In this document: positions 26,271 through 26,591 of the stretch, in pieces
Layout: each line of letters starts with the position of its first letter
Position numbering within the stretch: position 1 is the first letter of the stretch
The notes under the pieces: model-generated
Told to the model about the DNA's origin: nothing
Seen by the model: the letters and a program-made list of their open reading frames with translations, nothing else
Database searches by the model: none
Position numbers and translations under genes: made by a program
IMG/VR virus record: IMGVR_UViG_3300025103_000132
Location: 1-26,591 of that record
Strand: one strand, 5' to 3'
DNA: 26,591 nt
Origin: a virus
Lineage: Duplodnaviria; Caudoviricetes

Positions 26271-26589
26271 AAGTTATTGTTTGTACAAAATTTAAACTAT
26301 CTTTCTGATCATTTGTTACAGTATACATATTAGTAGATGGAAACATAACAAACATATTTTTTTTAAGTTCTATGTCCCAACTTCTTCCTTTACGTCTATT
26401 ATCATCGTAATGTATTTTTATCCAACACTTATCAACTTTAACTCCGTAAAGCATTGTAAAGTCAGGTGAGTTTCGAAGATCTACTGGATCAACATTTAAT
26501 AACGGTTTAGATACTTGACCAGGTTTATAAATATTTCCCCACGTTTTTTTGTTAATTAAATTTATAGCATACTCAAGACCAATAAAGTC
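26257..26589 (-). CDS. C-terminal part of a 2OG-Fe(II) oxygenase-like protein with degenerate metal ligands (start beyond window)
   Basis: Frame stays open upstream of the ORF-track Met to the window edge: DFIGLEYAINLINKKTWGNIYKPGQVSKPLLNVDPVDLRNSPDFTMLYGV...MFVMFPSTNMYTV. Confidence 0.7.
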   Translation of the reverse strand, partial: DFIGLEYAINLINKKTWGNIYKPGQVSKPLLNVDPVDLRNSPDFTMLYGVKVDKCWIKIHYDDNRRKGRSWDIELKKNMFVMFPSTNMYTVTNDQKDSLNFVQTITYEFI

Positions 26590-26591
26590 CC

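Overview
An AT-rich (roughly one-third G+C by eye), gene-dense fragment of a tailed dsDNA bacteriophage, most likely a marine podovirus of an Alphaproteobacterium such as SAR11. The host call is inference from composition and gene repertoire. Every gene but one is on the minus strand. Left arm (1-8723) is a DNA replication module: a family A DNA polymerase that runs off the window and is missing from the ORF track (Leu762 variant), a small Cys4 zinc-finger gene, a DUF3310 protein, a UvrD-like SF1 helicase, an AEP primase with a PriL-like Cys cluster, a putative SSB and partner, an oppositely oriented SNF2 helicase and a PD-(D/E)XK exonuclease. Right arm (8736-26591) is a virion module: a holin/XhlA-like small membrane protein, large internal/ejection proteins, a GNAT-like protein, two glycosyltransferases, small structural proteins, a tail nozzle, tail-fibre-like proteins and four tandem 2OG-Fe(II) oxygenase-fold genes. 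I recovered four small genes below the ORF-track cutoff and several sigma70-like promoters. The most striking unexplained element is at 24306-24362: an extended -10 promoter placed to start transcription on the ATG of a leaderless 13-codon ORF (MEAGHHHIPPVSF). That ORF spans a GC-rich terminator-like hairpin with the His-His-His codons in the loop and ends on the RBS of the next gene. No tRNA, CRISPR array, integrase or RNA polymerase is seen in this window.
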